A stretch of 64,000 bases of DNA, taken from an uncultured Desulfospira sp. (GTDB taxonomy: Bacteria > Desulfobacterota > Desulfobacteria > Desulfobacterales > Desulfobacteraceae). The position numbers and the translations under genes were made by a program. Below the pieces are notes generated by a model. The model was not told where the DNA came from. It was given only the letters and a program-made list of their open reading frames with translations, and ran no database searches. Positions 1-10,481 of the stretch are shown here, in pieces. The DNA lies in NCBI GenBank assembly GCA_963663165.1, contig OY760175.1:1120001-1184000 (forward strand). Reading direction: 5' to 3'. Every line of letters starts with the position of its first letter. Position 1 is the stretch's first letter.

Positions 1-575
1 ACCATGTAATCAATTATCTGAGGGGATGCCATCATGCATTTCCAATGAAATTGCAACAGATTGTTTTTTGTGCAACTGGCCCAGCGGTATCCCATATCCT
101 TAACTTTAACCCCTGTGGGCTGAACCCCGACTTTGGGCGCATAATAGGCAATCCGGCCTTTAATCCGGTTTTCCCCCTTGGATTCATAGAAGGATTCAAA
201 TGCTTTTTTTGCCGCGCCTTCGCCGTGTTCGTCGATTAAAGAGCGTTTCAAACAGAACCGGCCTTGATTAAGCTTTAAATCAGCGGCTTGATCCGTCACC
301 AGGGACAAGCGATAACTGCGCCCCAGGTATAGAAAAGATTCGCCATTGACCCACTCCCGGACCACCGCCGCAGCATTCAGGTCCCGCCACTGTGCAAGAT
401 TTTTGTAAATCCACATCCGTTTGCTGTGAACCACTGCATCCACCTGTTCAGGTGTAAACCCCTGGGGGGGCCTGACGGTCACCACCCCATCCCGTTCGAT
501 GACAATATCGGTGGTTTTGCGTTGGGTCCCGGGAAGCAGGATATAGTCTATATCGTCTATATGTCGGGCATTCAT
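1..575 (-). CDS. M48/YgjP (DUF45)-family metallopeptidase, 3' end outside window
   Basis: Hand translation from ATG 575 (ATGA overlap with hsdR stop): MNARHIDDIDYILLPGTQRKTTDIVIERDG...GESFLYLGRSYRL...YRWASCTKNNLLQFHWKCMMASPQIIDYMV; usual position after hsdR. Confidence 0.85.
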   Translation of the reverse strand, partial: MNARHIDDIDYILLPGTQRKTTDIVIERDGVVTVRPPQGFTPEQVDAVVHSKRMWIYKNLAQWRDLNAAAVVREWVNGESFLYLGRSYRLSLVTDQAADLKLNQGRFCLKRSLIDEHGEGAAKKAFESFYESKGENRIKGRIAYYAPKVGVQPTGVKVKDMGYRWASCTKNNLLQFHWKCMMASPQIIDYM

Positions 576-3500
576 TTGTCATCACCCTTGATCAAGGCGT
601 CATGTCTGCTTTTGGCAAGCTTCATGATTTCTATTGCAACACGTTCCCGGTTCTCTTTTAAAGCATCAATCCCCGTCAGGGTTAAGGCTTTTTTGATGCG
701 ACTTCTGATTTTCTTTTGTTTATCGGCATTGGTCCAGAAATCAATGCTGCCGATGCCGGACTGCAGGGTTTCTACAATAACTTCCATAAGGTCTTTCATT
801 TTTGGTTTTGCGTTGTCGGGAATATCATCACTTCCAAAGGCCACAGTTGCGATATGGTCATAAAACGTGGCCGCCTCTTTTCCCATCCCGTCCTTTCCGG
901 TCTTTCTGCCTTCAAGGGCCTGGGTTCTCAATTTCTCAAGTTCCTGTGCCAGGGCATCCCAGTTGTCCTGGTATTGCTCGATCAAATTTTCCACCTTTTC
1001 TGAAAGACTTTTGTAAAATGCCGGGTCTTCATCATGGTGGACGGTGCAATGTTTTCGGATGGCATGCTCCATCTCGCTTGCCTTGGCCTCAAAATTGCCT
1101 TTGGCATGCCGGTTCAATTTTTCAATGAAGTCATCGGCCAAAAGCTCCACCGGCGGCACCATAGGGTTGATCCCCAGACTGATCAAATGGGAGTTGATCA
1201 AATCTTTAACCTTGGCACCGGCATCTCCAAGGCTCAGGCTGGTATCCTTATACCGTTCTTTGGTGACGCGCAAAATGTAACCGAACCGTTTGGCAGGTAC
1301 CCGGTAGGGATGGCCTGCAGGGTTGGGCAGAATGATGTCCAGGCTCATGAGAAATTTTTTAAGGTATACATCAAAATCAGCCCGAATTTTTTCATCCTTG
1401 AGCAGGGTCACGGCATCATGGACCACAGCAGCATCGGCTGTGATATCATCAAATTTTCCTTCAATAAAATCTTGTATGTTCTTTATCTTGTGCTGTTTGA
1501 ACAATTGCAGCAGCCTTTGGTATCTTTCTTCCAGCACCGGCATTTCCGAGGCAATGCTTTTAAGTCCCTGGGCCAGTTCCTCCTGCTCGTCGCTTGCCGC
1601 ATACAGGGTTAATGCCTGGGTCAGGTGGTTGGCAAGACCGATATAATCCACAATAAAGCCCCGGTTTTTCCCTTCGGCCACACGGTTGGTGCGTGCGATG
1701 GCCTGAAGCAAAGTGTGTTCCCTGATTTTTTTATCAATGTACATGACCTGCTCAATGGGGGCATCGAACCCGGTCAACAGCATATCGCAGACTATCAGGA
1801 ATGCAATCCCGGTCAGCTCTTTTTCCGGATCATCAAAGTCAAAGGGTTTGCAAAAATTGGCCACGGCATTCCATTTTCTATTCTGTTTCCTGGCCTTGGT
1901 AATATAGGCGGCTTCATTGGTCCCGTCACCTGAAATCATCACGGCCGCCTTTAAAAAACGCATTTTTTTAATCAAAATAAGATCAGGGTCAGCGCAATGC
2001 TTTTCCTTTTGGATTCTATCTTCAAGCGCATCCTCTATGCCGGACTGATAACGGACCGCAGCCAGTTTTGAATGACAGACAACCTGGGCTTTAAATCCGT
2101 TGGGAAAAATATTGTCGATGTAATGCCCCACCAGGTCACTTGCAATGGCCTTGATCCGGGCCTCAGCCTCCAGGATGTCTCCGGTAGCCCCGTACTTTTT
2201 TTTGATGGCCAAAAGTTCTTCTTCTGTCCGGTCTTTGAACATATCTTCAAAGGCGGTTTCAAAGGCATGCTTTTCATTGAGGGCGGCGTCTGCGGTCTTT
2301 CCTTCGTACAGGATCTGCAAGGTAGCCCCGTCATTGACCGCATCCATCAGCCGGTAAGTATCAATGTATTGGCCGAATCTTTTCCAGGTCTTTTTCTCAC
2401 CATGCCGCCAGGCAATCAGGGGGGTGCCTGTAAATGCGATTCTGGCGGCATTGGGAAAGGCCTCTACAATGTTATCCCCAAGATCGGAGCTTTGGGTTCT
2501 GTGGGCCTCATCAATCATCAGCAAAATTCGGTGGGAATCGTTTATGACACCGAATTGTTTTCCCGGGGGCATGGCCTGGTATGTACTTAAGGCCTCAGCC
2601 ACCTGGAGGGGAAGGGGCTCCTCCCTTTGTTGAAATTTATGAACCATGACCATGTTGACATCGGATGTGTCCGTGCCAAGTTCGATTCTCAATTGAGCGG
2701 TATTCTCAATGACATTCACCCGGCCTCCGATCAGAACCGCTGTTTTGGAAAGCTGGGTTTCCAGATCCACACGGTCGTTGACCAAAATAATTTTAAAATC
2801 GCTTAAATCCTTTGAGGCCCGGATGATCCGGGCGACAAATACCATGGTTAAGGACTTTCCGGACCCCTGGGTGTGCCAGACCACCCCGCTGCGCTGGGCC
2901 GGTGTTTTTCCCTTTCTGAGCTGCCCACAAATTTTATTGGCCGCCCGGAACTGCTGATACCTGCAAACCACCTTGATGCGGGTGCCGCTGTCCGTATCCA
3001 TGAAGACTGAACAGGTCCTAAGTATCCGGAGCAGATTGGACTTGTTCAGCATGCCGCTGATCAGTTGCTCCTGCTGATTTTTACCCTCGGCTGTCTTGTC
3101 GTCATGGGGCCATTGGGTTTTCCAGGGAAAAAAGTGTTCTTGTCCCGAGGTAACGGTACCGAAGTCCGCTTCCAGGCCACAGGTTCTGATGAGCAACAGG
3201 TTGGTATGGAAAAGACGGGGTTCCCCCTCTTTTAACCCCTGGTCTGCAGTGGCTTTCCTGCGGTTCATATACCGCTGCAACTGCTCAAAGGCTTCAGCTT
3301 TTGGGTGGGCGCAGGTGGGGCCGCCCTTCTTGCACTCCACCACCGCCAAAGGGATGCCGTTTACAAAAAGAACAATGTCCGGGATGATGAATTGCTTAAC
3401 ACAGCCCGGGGTATCTATTCTAAACTGGTTGACGGCATGGAACTGATTGTTTCCCGGATTCTGAAAGTCGATCAGCTTCACCACCGGGTCCTGCTCACCG

Positions 3501-3826
3501 GTGATTTCATTGACATCGGTCTGGGCTTTAAAGATCAGCTTCTGGACGGCCTCATTGGCTTCCAGAAGGGTGCGGTTGGGCTGCCGCAGGATCTGGTCAT
3601 AAAGGTCGGTGAGCTGTCTTGAGGTCAACCAGGGCCTGCCGTCTGATGTCCGGTTGATATGGTTGACGGCCTGGTCAAATACTTGGGGCAGTACCCATTG
3701 TCTGAAGCTGTTGCGAAGGCTTTTCTCGGGATCATGGGGAATATCCGGCCCCTGATCCACAATTGTCCAGCCCAGCTCTTGAAGCTGCTTTAAAAAAGGT
3801 TGCTCGACTTCTGTGTATTCAGACAT
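572..3826 (-). CDS. hsdR: Type I restriction enzyme R subunit
   Basis: 1084 aa; PD-x-ECK nuclease motif (IPDIVLFVNGIPLAVVECK), HTQGSGKS Walker A, DEAH, FTGTP, MLLTGFDAP, QAIARTNR. Confidence 0.97.
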   Translation of the reverse strand: MSEYTEVEQPFLKQLQELGWTIVDQGPDIPHDPEKSLRNSFRQWVLPQVFDQAVNHINRTSDGRPWLTSRQLTDLYDQILRQPNRTLLEANEAVQKLIFKAQTDVNEITGEQDPVVKLIDFQNPGNNQFHAVNQFRIDTPGCVKQFIIPDIVLFVNGIPLAVVECKKGGPTCAHPKAEAFEQLQRYMNRRKATADQGLKEGEPRLFHTNLLLIRTCGLEADFGTVTSGQEHFFPWKTQWPHDDKTAEGKNQQEQLISGMLNKSNLLRILRTCSVFMDTDSGTRIKVVCRYQQFRAANKICGQLRKGKTPAQRSGVVWHTQGSGKSLTMVFVARIIRASKDLSDFKIILVNDRVDLETQLSKTAVLIGGRVNVIENTAQLRIELGTDTSDVNMVMVHKFQQREEPLPLQVAEALSTYQAMPPGKQFGVINDSHRILLMIDEAHRTQSSDLGDNIVEAFPNAARIAFTGTPLIAWRHGEKKTWKRFGQYIDTYRLMDAVNDGATLQILYEGKTADAALNEKHAFETAFEDMFKDRTEEELLAIKKKYGATGDILEAEARIKAIASDLVGHYIDNIFPNGFKAQVVCHSKLAAVRYQSGIEDALEDRIQKEKHCADPDLILIKKMRFLKAAVMISGDGTNEAAYITKARKQNRKWNAVANFCKPFDFDDPEKELTGIAFLIVCDMLLTGFDAPIEQVMYIDKKIREHTLLQAIARTNRVAEGKNRGFIVDYIGLANHLTQALTLYAASDEQEELAQGLKSIASEMPVLEERYQRLLQLFKQHKIKNIQDFIEGKFDDITADAAVVHDAVTLLKDEKIRADFDVYLKKFLMSLDIILPNPAGHPYRVPAKRFGYILRVTKERYKDTSLSLGDAGAKVKDLINSHLISLGINPMVPPVELLADDFIEKLNRHAKGNFEAKASEMEHAIRKHCTVHHDEDPAFYKSLSEKVENLIEQYQDNWDALAQELEKLRTQALEGRKTGKDGMGKEAATFYDHIATVAFGSDDIPDNAKPKMKDLMEVIVETLQSGIGSIDFWTNADKQKKIRSRIKKALTLTGIDALKENRERVAIEIMKLAKSRHDALIKGDDK

Positions 3827-3836
3827 GAATGATTCC

Positions 3837-5006
3837 TTATTCGCTGACCTTTACCTGTACTTGGCCGGTTAGAAGATCGTGCATTAAACCAGATTTTTTA
3901 GACACTATTTTTTTCTTAAAGAGTTCTTCCCTGCTTAATTTATTTTGAACAATACTAAGTGCTTTTCCTATTATTTCTTGCTCTTTTGGAGGTGGACGAT
4001 AGGTTATGATCTTTTTAATATCCCCAACATTGACATGTGGTGATGTAGTGGCCCCTAAGCCAGAAATTACTTGCCGATAAAAGCCTTGAACATTCATGCT
4101 CCACAATAGAAAATCTGGGTCGGTATCATGTGATGGCCTTAGAATCATTACTCTTTGCCCCAAACAAACTGGATCTTCTCCAGCTGGAGAAGCAATTCCT
4201 AGCCTTTCTCCTTCGCGAGAATAAATGATATCCCCCTTTTGGGGAGTTAAACGCTGAATTCTTTTTAAATATGTATTGTAATCTACCTTATAAGCCCGGT
4301 CTATCAATAATTGGCCTATTTCCATGTCCGCAGTTCGAACGCATGGAATACCTTCTTCTGTGTATATCGGAGTTGAGTGGGGACAATCCACTACATCTAC
4401 ACACAATTTATTGATTGGTACTATCTCCCATTGCTGGGGAATCCATCCTATCTGCGTTTCTTTATAAAGCTCCGGGGCCTGCTCCCTTGTCGGCCGAAGT
4501 TTACCGTCAGGTGTCACCCCCCGGGTGAACAGATCATGCATCAGGCCTTGTTTGATTTGCTGGTATTTTTGGATTAGGGCTTCGGTTTTTTCTATGGTTT
4601 GGTCAAGTGACTTTAAAATTTTTGATATCTTCTTCTGATTCTCTCTTCCTGGGTTATGGAACTGAATTTTTGATAACCACTCTCGGCTTATACTGGGAAC
4701 ACCTGTTGCTTCATTGAATTTTGTTAAATCAAAATTCAATAAACAATAATAAAGCAAACGAATATCTACTCGATCTTTGGGTATGACGGCATATGTTGTA
4801 TCAACAGGCCAGAAGGGAGATTCAATTAACTGTGGATTCCCCAATGAACCTTTTCGTGGAACCACTATGGCGGATGGGAACATTGCCCTTTTAGCGTGGC
4901 CATAAATTCCACCTGTTCCTACGATAGGATATGGACCATCCTCTGTTAACACCTCCGATGGAGATTTTCCATAATGAATCGTAGACAAATCGGACAAGCT
5001 ACTCAT
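3837..5006 (-). CDS. hsdS: Type I R-M specificity subunit
   Basis: Two TRDs with repeated conserved segments ([12 protein letters not shown] / [11 protein letters not shown]); likely start ATG 5006 overlapping hsdM stop. Confidence 0.93.
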   Translation of the reverse strand: MSSLSDLSTIHYGKSPSEVLTEDGPYPIVGTGGIYGHAKRAMFPSAIVVPRKGSLGNPQLIESPFWPVDTTYAVIPKDRVDIRLLYYCLLNFDLTKFNEATGVPSISREWLSKIQFHNPGRENQKKISKILKSLDQTIEKTEALIQKYQQIKQGLMHDLFTRGVTPDGKLRPTREQAPELYKETQIGWIPQQWEIVPINKLCVDVVDCPHSTPIYTEEGIPCVRTADMEIGQLLIDRAYKVDYNTYLKRIQRLTPQKGDIIYSREGERLGIASPAGEDPVCLGQRVMILRPSHDTDPDFLLWSMNVQGFYRQVISGLGATTSPHVNVGDIKKIITYRPPPKEQEIIGKALSIVQNKLSREELFKKKIVSKKSGLMHDLLTGQVQVKVSE

Positions 5007-7737
5007 ACCCCAACTCCACCAAAAAGGCATTCAACTGCTCAGATGCCGCATCCCGTTGAGCTTCGATCTCTTTGGCTGTAACCGCATACTTATCCCAAAG
5101 GTTCTCAATGGCCTTGATGCAGGCACGAAGATCAGCCTGAAGATATGCCTTGTAGGTTTCCATAAGGACGGATTGAAGCCGTTCAAGGATAACGTCCCGG
5201 GCTTCATGGGTCGTGATCTTTCCCCTGGCGCTTTCCACAAGCTCATCCCGCTTGTTCTCCGTGGCCTTGATGTTGTCTTTCACCGCCTTGAGTTCATCTT
5301 CCAGGGCATTGTGTCGGGACAATGCCAATGTGATATGCTGGGCGCGGGATCTGGCAAGCTCTCCTGATGTGATGGCCTGCTTTAATGACCCTTCATATCC
5401 GGAATCATGCCCCACTGTCTTGGCCAGCTCAAGAATCCGGTTGCCGTTACAAAACAGGGCCAGGTTCTGGTTAAGCCCTTCTGAACAATAAAAGCCTTTT
5501 GTTTCTCCTTTGGGCAAAAGGCCTGCGGCTTTGATCTCAGCGAATATGTTGCCGGCCAGAGCCTTTAATTCCTTTAAGTGGGCCTTCCACGCTGCATTCA
5601 GCTCTTTGAGGGTCTCTTTTTTTGATTTCACTTCGTCTGCCGGCAGGACACCGGTGTCCTCGGTATCCTCAAAATCCTCTTCGCCGGCCGCACTGAACAG
5701 TGCGAGAAGTTCATCCCTGCGGGCCTTTGCCTGCTCCATCTGCGCCAATACCTCAGGGAACTGGCTTTGAAGAATGTCATCGTCCGGTATCAGCCCGGGT
5801 CCCCAGCCGCTGGCCGCAATGGATTTAAAGTCGGCTTTTAATGTGTTGACGTAATTGGCAAAGGCGCCCCGCACCTGGAAAGCAGTCAACAGATCCTGAT
5901 CTTTGAACGTGTCTGCAATGCTTTCCAGAAGCGTCCTTCGCATAAGGTAGACGTTCCCGGCCCTCTCATGCCGATTTTCCGGATCATTGGCCAAGGCCTG
6001 GACAATGGGCAGATTTTTTTCCCACCAGTCCGAAAGGATGGCCATAAAGGTCTTTTGCCGCAACACGACACCAGGATGATTGGCCACAAATTCAGGGATG
6101 CTGCGTTTATCGGCAATTTCCGGGGCAAGATCCATATAGTCTTTATTTTTGGGGATAAAACAGTCCTGCATCAGTCCCGAATAATTGGACCGGAAATGCT
6201 CCAGGGCATTGATTTCTGCAAGGGGGATACCACCGTGGAGATGGGCCCTGACATCATGGGGTTCCGGCGGCGGGGCATTGTCCACATACCTTCGGATATT
6301 GCAGTTAAACGCCTCTTTCTCAATTTCATCCACAGGAACATTTCTGGCATACCCCGGGGTGTCCACTTTCTCGTGGTAGGTATAGACGATTTTATCGATA
6401 TCCTCGGGTCTAAGATAATTTCTGGCCTTGCCGTCCCGGTATTCCCTGTCCGCATTGATAAACAGGACATGGTCCCTGTCTGTTGCCCCCTCTTTGTTAA
6501 GCACCAGAATACAGGCCGGGATGCCGGTGCCGTAAAACAGGTTGCTTGGCAAACCGATGACCGCTTCAAGATATCCGTTTTGAATAAAGTGCTGCCGGGC
6601 CTCCCGTTCTTCTCCCCCGCGAAACAGGACCCCGTGGGGCATAACCGTGGCAAGCCGTCCGTTATGCCTGGTGACGGCCAGCATGTGCTGGACGAACATA
6701 AGATCTGCTTTTTTGCCTTTTTCCGGCATCATGACAGGAAAACGTCCTGGAAACTGCAACTCTTTCTTTTTATAATTCTGGCTGAAAGGGGGATTGGCAA
6801 GCACCCTGTCAAACCGGGTCAGTTCATTGGTTTCATCCCGGTGAAGGGGTTCTTTTATGGTATCTGCCTGCCGGATATCGGCATGGGAAATACCGTGCAG
6901 CAGCATGTTCATTTTGCAGATGGACCAGGTGGTACCAATGGATTCCTGTCCGTTCAGGGACAATTCACCCGGATCGCCCCCACACTCTCTCAAATAGTCC
7001 CGCGCCTGGATCAGCATGCCCCCGGACCCGATTGTCGGGTCATATATGCTCATGCCTTCCCGGGGATCACAGATCTCCACGCAGATGCGGACCACTTCGG
7101 CAGGGGTGTAAAACTCTCCGGCCTTTTTACCGGCTGAGTCGGCAAAATATTTGATCAGCCATTCATAGGCTGTTCCCAAAAGATCCGGAAACTCAAAGTC
7201 TTCATCTTTGAGGGGGATTTTTTCAAAATTCTGGATAAAATCGGCAAGGGTGTCGTCATCGAGGGTCCGCTGTACGATCTTACGGTTGAAATTGATGCCT
7301 TTAAGGACATCCTGGAGGGCATCAATGTTGGCTTCCTCAATGGCTTCCAGGGCCTTGTTCAGTTGTGTGCCGACATTTTCCTTTACATGTTTTAATGCCG
7401 GGTGGTGGTTTATTTTTGTTTTTCCGGTTTTTTTGTCTTTGACCTGCTCATCCCAGCCGTGGTTCCACCTGGCCCGCCTGGGAACATAAAAATATTTCCC
7501 TGAATAGTTGTCCCGGTCTTCAAGTTCAATTTCGATATCCTCTGAAGACATGCCCAGGGCCTGATTTTCATTTTTTATTTCATCCCGGCGCTGGTCAAAC
7601 AGATCACTGGCCCGTTTTAAAAACAGCATGCCGAATATATATTCTTTATACTCACTGGCATCCATGCTGCCGCGCAGGTCATCACAGGCCGTGAGCAGGA
7701 GATTCTCAAGCTTTGAAAGCGTTAGTTTATTCGCCAT
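4999..7737 (-). CDS. hsdM: Type I R-M N6-adenine methyltransferase with long C-terminal extension
   Basis: 912 aa; [31 protein letters not shown]. Confidence 0.96.
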   Translation of the reverse strand: MANKLTLSKLENLLLTACDDLRGSMDASEYKEYIFGMLFLKRASDLFDQRRDEIKNENQALGMSSEDIEIELEDRDNYSGKYFYVPRRARWNHGWDEQVKDKKTGKTKINHHPALKHVKENVGTQLNKALEAIEEANIDALQDVLKGINFNRKIVQRTLDDDTLADFIQNFEKIPLKDEDFEFPDLLGTAYEWLIKYFADSAGKKAGEFYTPAEVVRICVEICDPREGMSIYDPTIGSGGMLIQARDYLRECGGDPGELSLNGQESIGTTWSICKMNMLLHGISHADIRQADTIKEPLHRDETNELTRFDRVLANPPFSQNYKKKELQFPGRFPVMMPEKGKKADLMFVQHMLAVTRHNGRLATVMPHGVLFRGGEEREARQHFIQNGYLEAVIGLPSNLFYGTGIPACILVLNKEGATDRDHVLFINADREYRDGKARNYLRPEDIDKIVYTYHEKVDTPGYARNVPVDEIEKEAFNCNIRRYVDNAPPPEPHDVRAHLHGGIPLAEINALEHFRSNYSGLMQDCFIPKNKDYMDLAPEIADKRSIPEFVANHPGVVLRQKTFMAILSDWWEKNLPIVQALANDPENRHERAGNVYLMRRTLLESIADTFKDQDLLTAFQVRGAFANYVNTLKADFKSIAASGWGPGLIPDDDILQSQFPEVLAQMEQAKARRDELLALFSAAGEEDFEDTEDTGVLPADEVKSKKETLKELNAAWKAHLKELKALAGNIFAEIKAAGLLPKGETKGFYCSEGLNQNLALFCNGNRILELAKTVGHDSGYEGSLKQAITSGELARSRAQHITLALSRHNALEDELKAVKDNIKATENKRDELVESARGKITTHEARDVILERLQSVLMETYKAYLQADLRACIKAIENLWDKYAVTAKEIEAQRDAASEQLNAFLVELGYE

Positions 7738-7873
7738 TATCGGCCGTTCCTTCCCATCAAGTGAGCTCAGATTAAGTGTGCAGATGTCAGGAACACGACA
7801 TCTGATCCAAAAGAAGATATATCTACCAAAAAGTACCGGTATACGGCCAGGCTAAAATAGGACGAAACCTCCT

Positions 7874-10030
7874 TTAGTATGGCAAATCATTGGAATTGAA
7901 TCTGTTTTGGATATACGATGCCACCTCTTGTAAAGGCATTTCAGGGGACGAGTTACCACTTCTGACGTAAAATTTCTCTTGTTTTTGTCCATTTTTATCG
8001 GTAGCCGTTGTATAGAGCGGATTTAAGCCGGGTTTAATTTCCACCAGGCAGATCTCCGTATCATCAATAACCGGGAAACTGATCACCAGATTGTTTTCTG
8101 CAAATTCAACACCATATGCTGAATTGACCAGATTTCTTAAGTGCAGCTCGAATCCGTCTTTTGTACTGTTTTGTAATGTATTGTAATCGTTTTCAAGACC
8201 CACGACTTCCATATCATCGGAAACCCCCATAATCAGGTTCCCGCCCTGGCCGTTGCTGAACGCGGCGATTGTTTTGAGAATCACCTCTTCCAGTTTCTTG
8301 TTTACTTTTTGCTGGTGAATGTCATATCTCAGGGTTGTTTTGAATTCCACATGGTGGGTTTCACCCTGGTTGATCATTTCCTGAATATCCAGATCAACTT
8401 CTGCACTGTCGGTGTCTGTAATTGAATTCAAAAATTCATTCAACTCTGCTGCCAGCATCTTTCTTCTATATTCAAGAAACCGTTCATAGTTTTCCAGTTT
8501 CCAAAGTTCCCTGTCCTCGGGAATGCTTTGAAGGGCCAATGCGCCGGGAAATTTTTCAACAACATCTGACAGGTAGCCTTCTGCAAGTTTTGCACTTTTG
8601 GTTCGATTGGCCACGGCAGTTAAAATTGCCCGGTTGGTAATTTCCTGGGCCAAAGCAAATTTTCTGCGGTTGTTCCAGTCATAACCGTGGGCCTTCAGTA
8701 CCGAATAGGGAAAAATATGATCCCATTCAAGGCCGTATTTTTTGCCCATGTTTTTTCGAATGCTGATACCGGTACTCAAGCATTTGGCATCTTTGCTTTT
8801 AAAATAGAATTTCATCAGATTCCAAAGGGCATGCCTGACGTCAACCCCGATGAACTCATCTTTTTCAATCTCAAGTTTTCGCTCTAAGGCAATAATGTTG
8901 AGCAGCTTGTCAAAGGGATTTTCTTCTTCAACGATAATTTTAAGGTCCTTATCCAGCTTTTGAGGCAATTGGCTGATATACCGCTGCCGGATCTGGGAAT
9001 AATAGAACCACTTGATGGCCTTTTTGATTTCAATTTGGGACAGGTTGTCTTTGCCCTTGTTATAAGCGTAGACAATAATGGGAATGAAGGCGTAGACAGA
9101 ATTCACCTCCTTTGTGTGATCAATATAGGCCTGGCTTTTCATCAAATTAAAGACATAATCCAGAATATCCTTGTCCAACCGGTCCCAGGCGGCCTTAATC
9201 TTCTCCATATTCTCAATGCCGTGGAGCCGCTCCATTTTGGACCCCATGTTGTATAGGACCCCCAAAAGCACGTAGACTATGAAATCCAGCTTTAAAACAA
9301 AACCATTGGTTTCAAGTTCAAAAAGTTTTCTTTTAAACAGCTCCCGGGCTTCGGGCCAGTACCCTGAAATCTGTGCCAGTGCAAGCTCTGCATCAGTAAG
9401 GTTAACGCCGGCAGAATTGACCACATAAAAAATATCAATGGCCTCCTTGATGGTTGCCTTGGTCGGAATAACCTGTTCCTGGAAATCCCTGTCCTTAATC
9501 CTTTCAATAGCCCTGAAGTTATCATCGATAACATTTTCCCGGGATCGGGGGAGACGTTCTCCGCCTAACTGGTTTTCCAGTTGATCGACCACATCCCGGT
9601 ATCTGACTCTCCCTTTAAAAATATCTGAGATGTTGACCCAGACCGGATTCTTTTCCATGATGGTTTTCTTGTAATATTCAAGATCCAGGGTCTCCACATT
9701 CACATAGAGCCCTCTGATATTATGAAGGATTTCATGCTCTTTATAATAGGGCGGAATTTGGTTGGTCATGAGCATGTAAAGGGTTGTGATGCGTTGTTGG
9801 CCATCAAGAATCAATTTAACAGATCCCTGCCGGGGATCATACTTGTGATCCCCTTTTAATTCGGGGGGATTCCCGGTCTCCCAGGTAAGCATGGTCCCGG
9901 TTGGATAATCTTGAATCAACGAGTTAATCAGTTCTTTGGCATCATTTCTTTTCCAGACATATTCACGTTGAAAGGCTGGGACGAAAAGCTGTTTTTCATC
10001 TATTTTATCTAGTATTTGACTGATTTTCAT
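7874..10030 (-). CDS. GmrSD-like DUF262/HNH-like protein fused to a C-terminal Schlafen/AlbA_2 domain
   Basis: N-term VPAFQREYVW, LDGQQRITTL, VNSAGVNL; middle EWDHIFP...N; C-term GETHHVEFK...IAAFSNGQGGNLIMGVSDD...FYVRSGNS. Confidence 0.85.
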   Translation of the reverse strand: MKISQILDKIDEKQLFVPAFQREYVWKRNDAKELINSLIQDYPTGTMLTWETGNPPELKGDHKYDPRQGSVKLILDGQQRITTLYMLMTNQIPPYYKEHEILHNIRGLYVNVETLDLEYYKKTIMEKNPVWVNISDIFKGRVRYRDVVDQLENQLGGERLPRSRENVIDDNFRAIERIKDRDFQEQVIPTKATIKEAIDIFYVVNSAGVNLTDAELALAQISGYWPEARELFKRKLFELETNGFVLKLDFIVYVLLGVLYNMGSKMERLHGIENMEKIKAAWDRLDKDILDYVFNLMKSQAYIDHTKEVNSVYAFIPIIVYAYNKGKDNLSQIEIKKAIKWFYYSQIRQRYISQLPQKLDKDLKIIVEEENPFDKLLNIIALERKLEIEKDEFIGVDVRHALWNLMKFYFKSKDAKCLSTGISIRKNMGKKYGLEWDHIFPYSVLKAHGYDWNNRRKFALAQEITNRAILTAVANRTKSAKLAEGYLSDVVEKFPGALALQSIPEDRELWKLENYERFLEYRRKMLAAELNEFLNSITDTDSAEVDLDIQEMINQGETHHVEFKTTLRYDIHQQKVNKKLEEVILKTIAAFSNGQGGNLIMGVSDDMEVVGLENDYNTLQNSTKDGFELHLRNLVNSAYGVEFAENNLVISFPVIDDTEICLVEIKPGLNPLYTTATDKNGQKQEKFYVRSGNSSPEMPLQEVASYIQNRFNSNDLPY

Positions 10031-10121
10031 TTTAAAGAGATCCTGTAATTGAATGTGGCAATTAATGAAAATGGGACGCTATTTGCCGTTATTGACTTAG
10101 AACAGATCATCAATCCTATTT

Positions 10122-10303
10122 TATATGAAAGACTCAGCAACCTGTTGAGTTCTTTCAATATTTGTTGTGGGCGGTTCTTGGTTGGATAACCAGGGCGGCC
10201 CGTGGCCGTTATATGAAAGTCCCACTAACATCCTGAGAAGACTCTCAATATTTGTTGTGGGCGGCTCTTGGTTGGATAACCAAAGCGGCTCGTGGCCGTT
10301 ATA
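10122..10303 (+). repeat. Two tandem copies of a ~90-bp double-hairpin interspersed element (family 1)
   Basis: TATA-tgaaag...tttgttgtgggcggttcttggttggataacca..gcggcccgtggccgt-TATA at 10122-10213 and 10210-10303. Confidence 0.92.
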
Positions 10304-10481
10304 CGGTATGATTGATGAAGAATTACAGACCCGTTCTTGATCTTTAGCAGGAATGGAAAAAGGTGTAAACCGAATTATGAAAGAGCGCTGCACTGTCGGT
10401 ATTACACCTCATAAAAAACTTTTCGATCATGGTTGTTTCCCTTTTCTCAAATCATTGTAAAGCTATGAATTCTTCTATGGC

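Noticed and set aside
5968..7137. Long alternative ORFs (5968-7137 +, 32219-33190 -, 61556-62722 + and similar)
   Set aside because: Antisense shadows of well-supported genes, with no recognisable motifs
10122..10303. Tandem ~90-bp repeats as a CRISPR array
   Set aside because: Only two adjacent units, no unique spacers and no cas genes; the other copies are dispersed
10121..10393. Short ORFs containing WLSNQEPPTT (10121, 12217, 16051, 48202)
   Set aside because: They are translations of the family-1 repeat, with no consistent start or RBS
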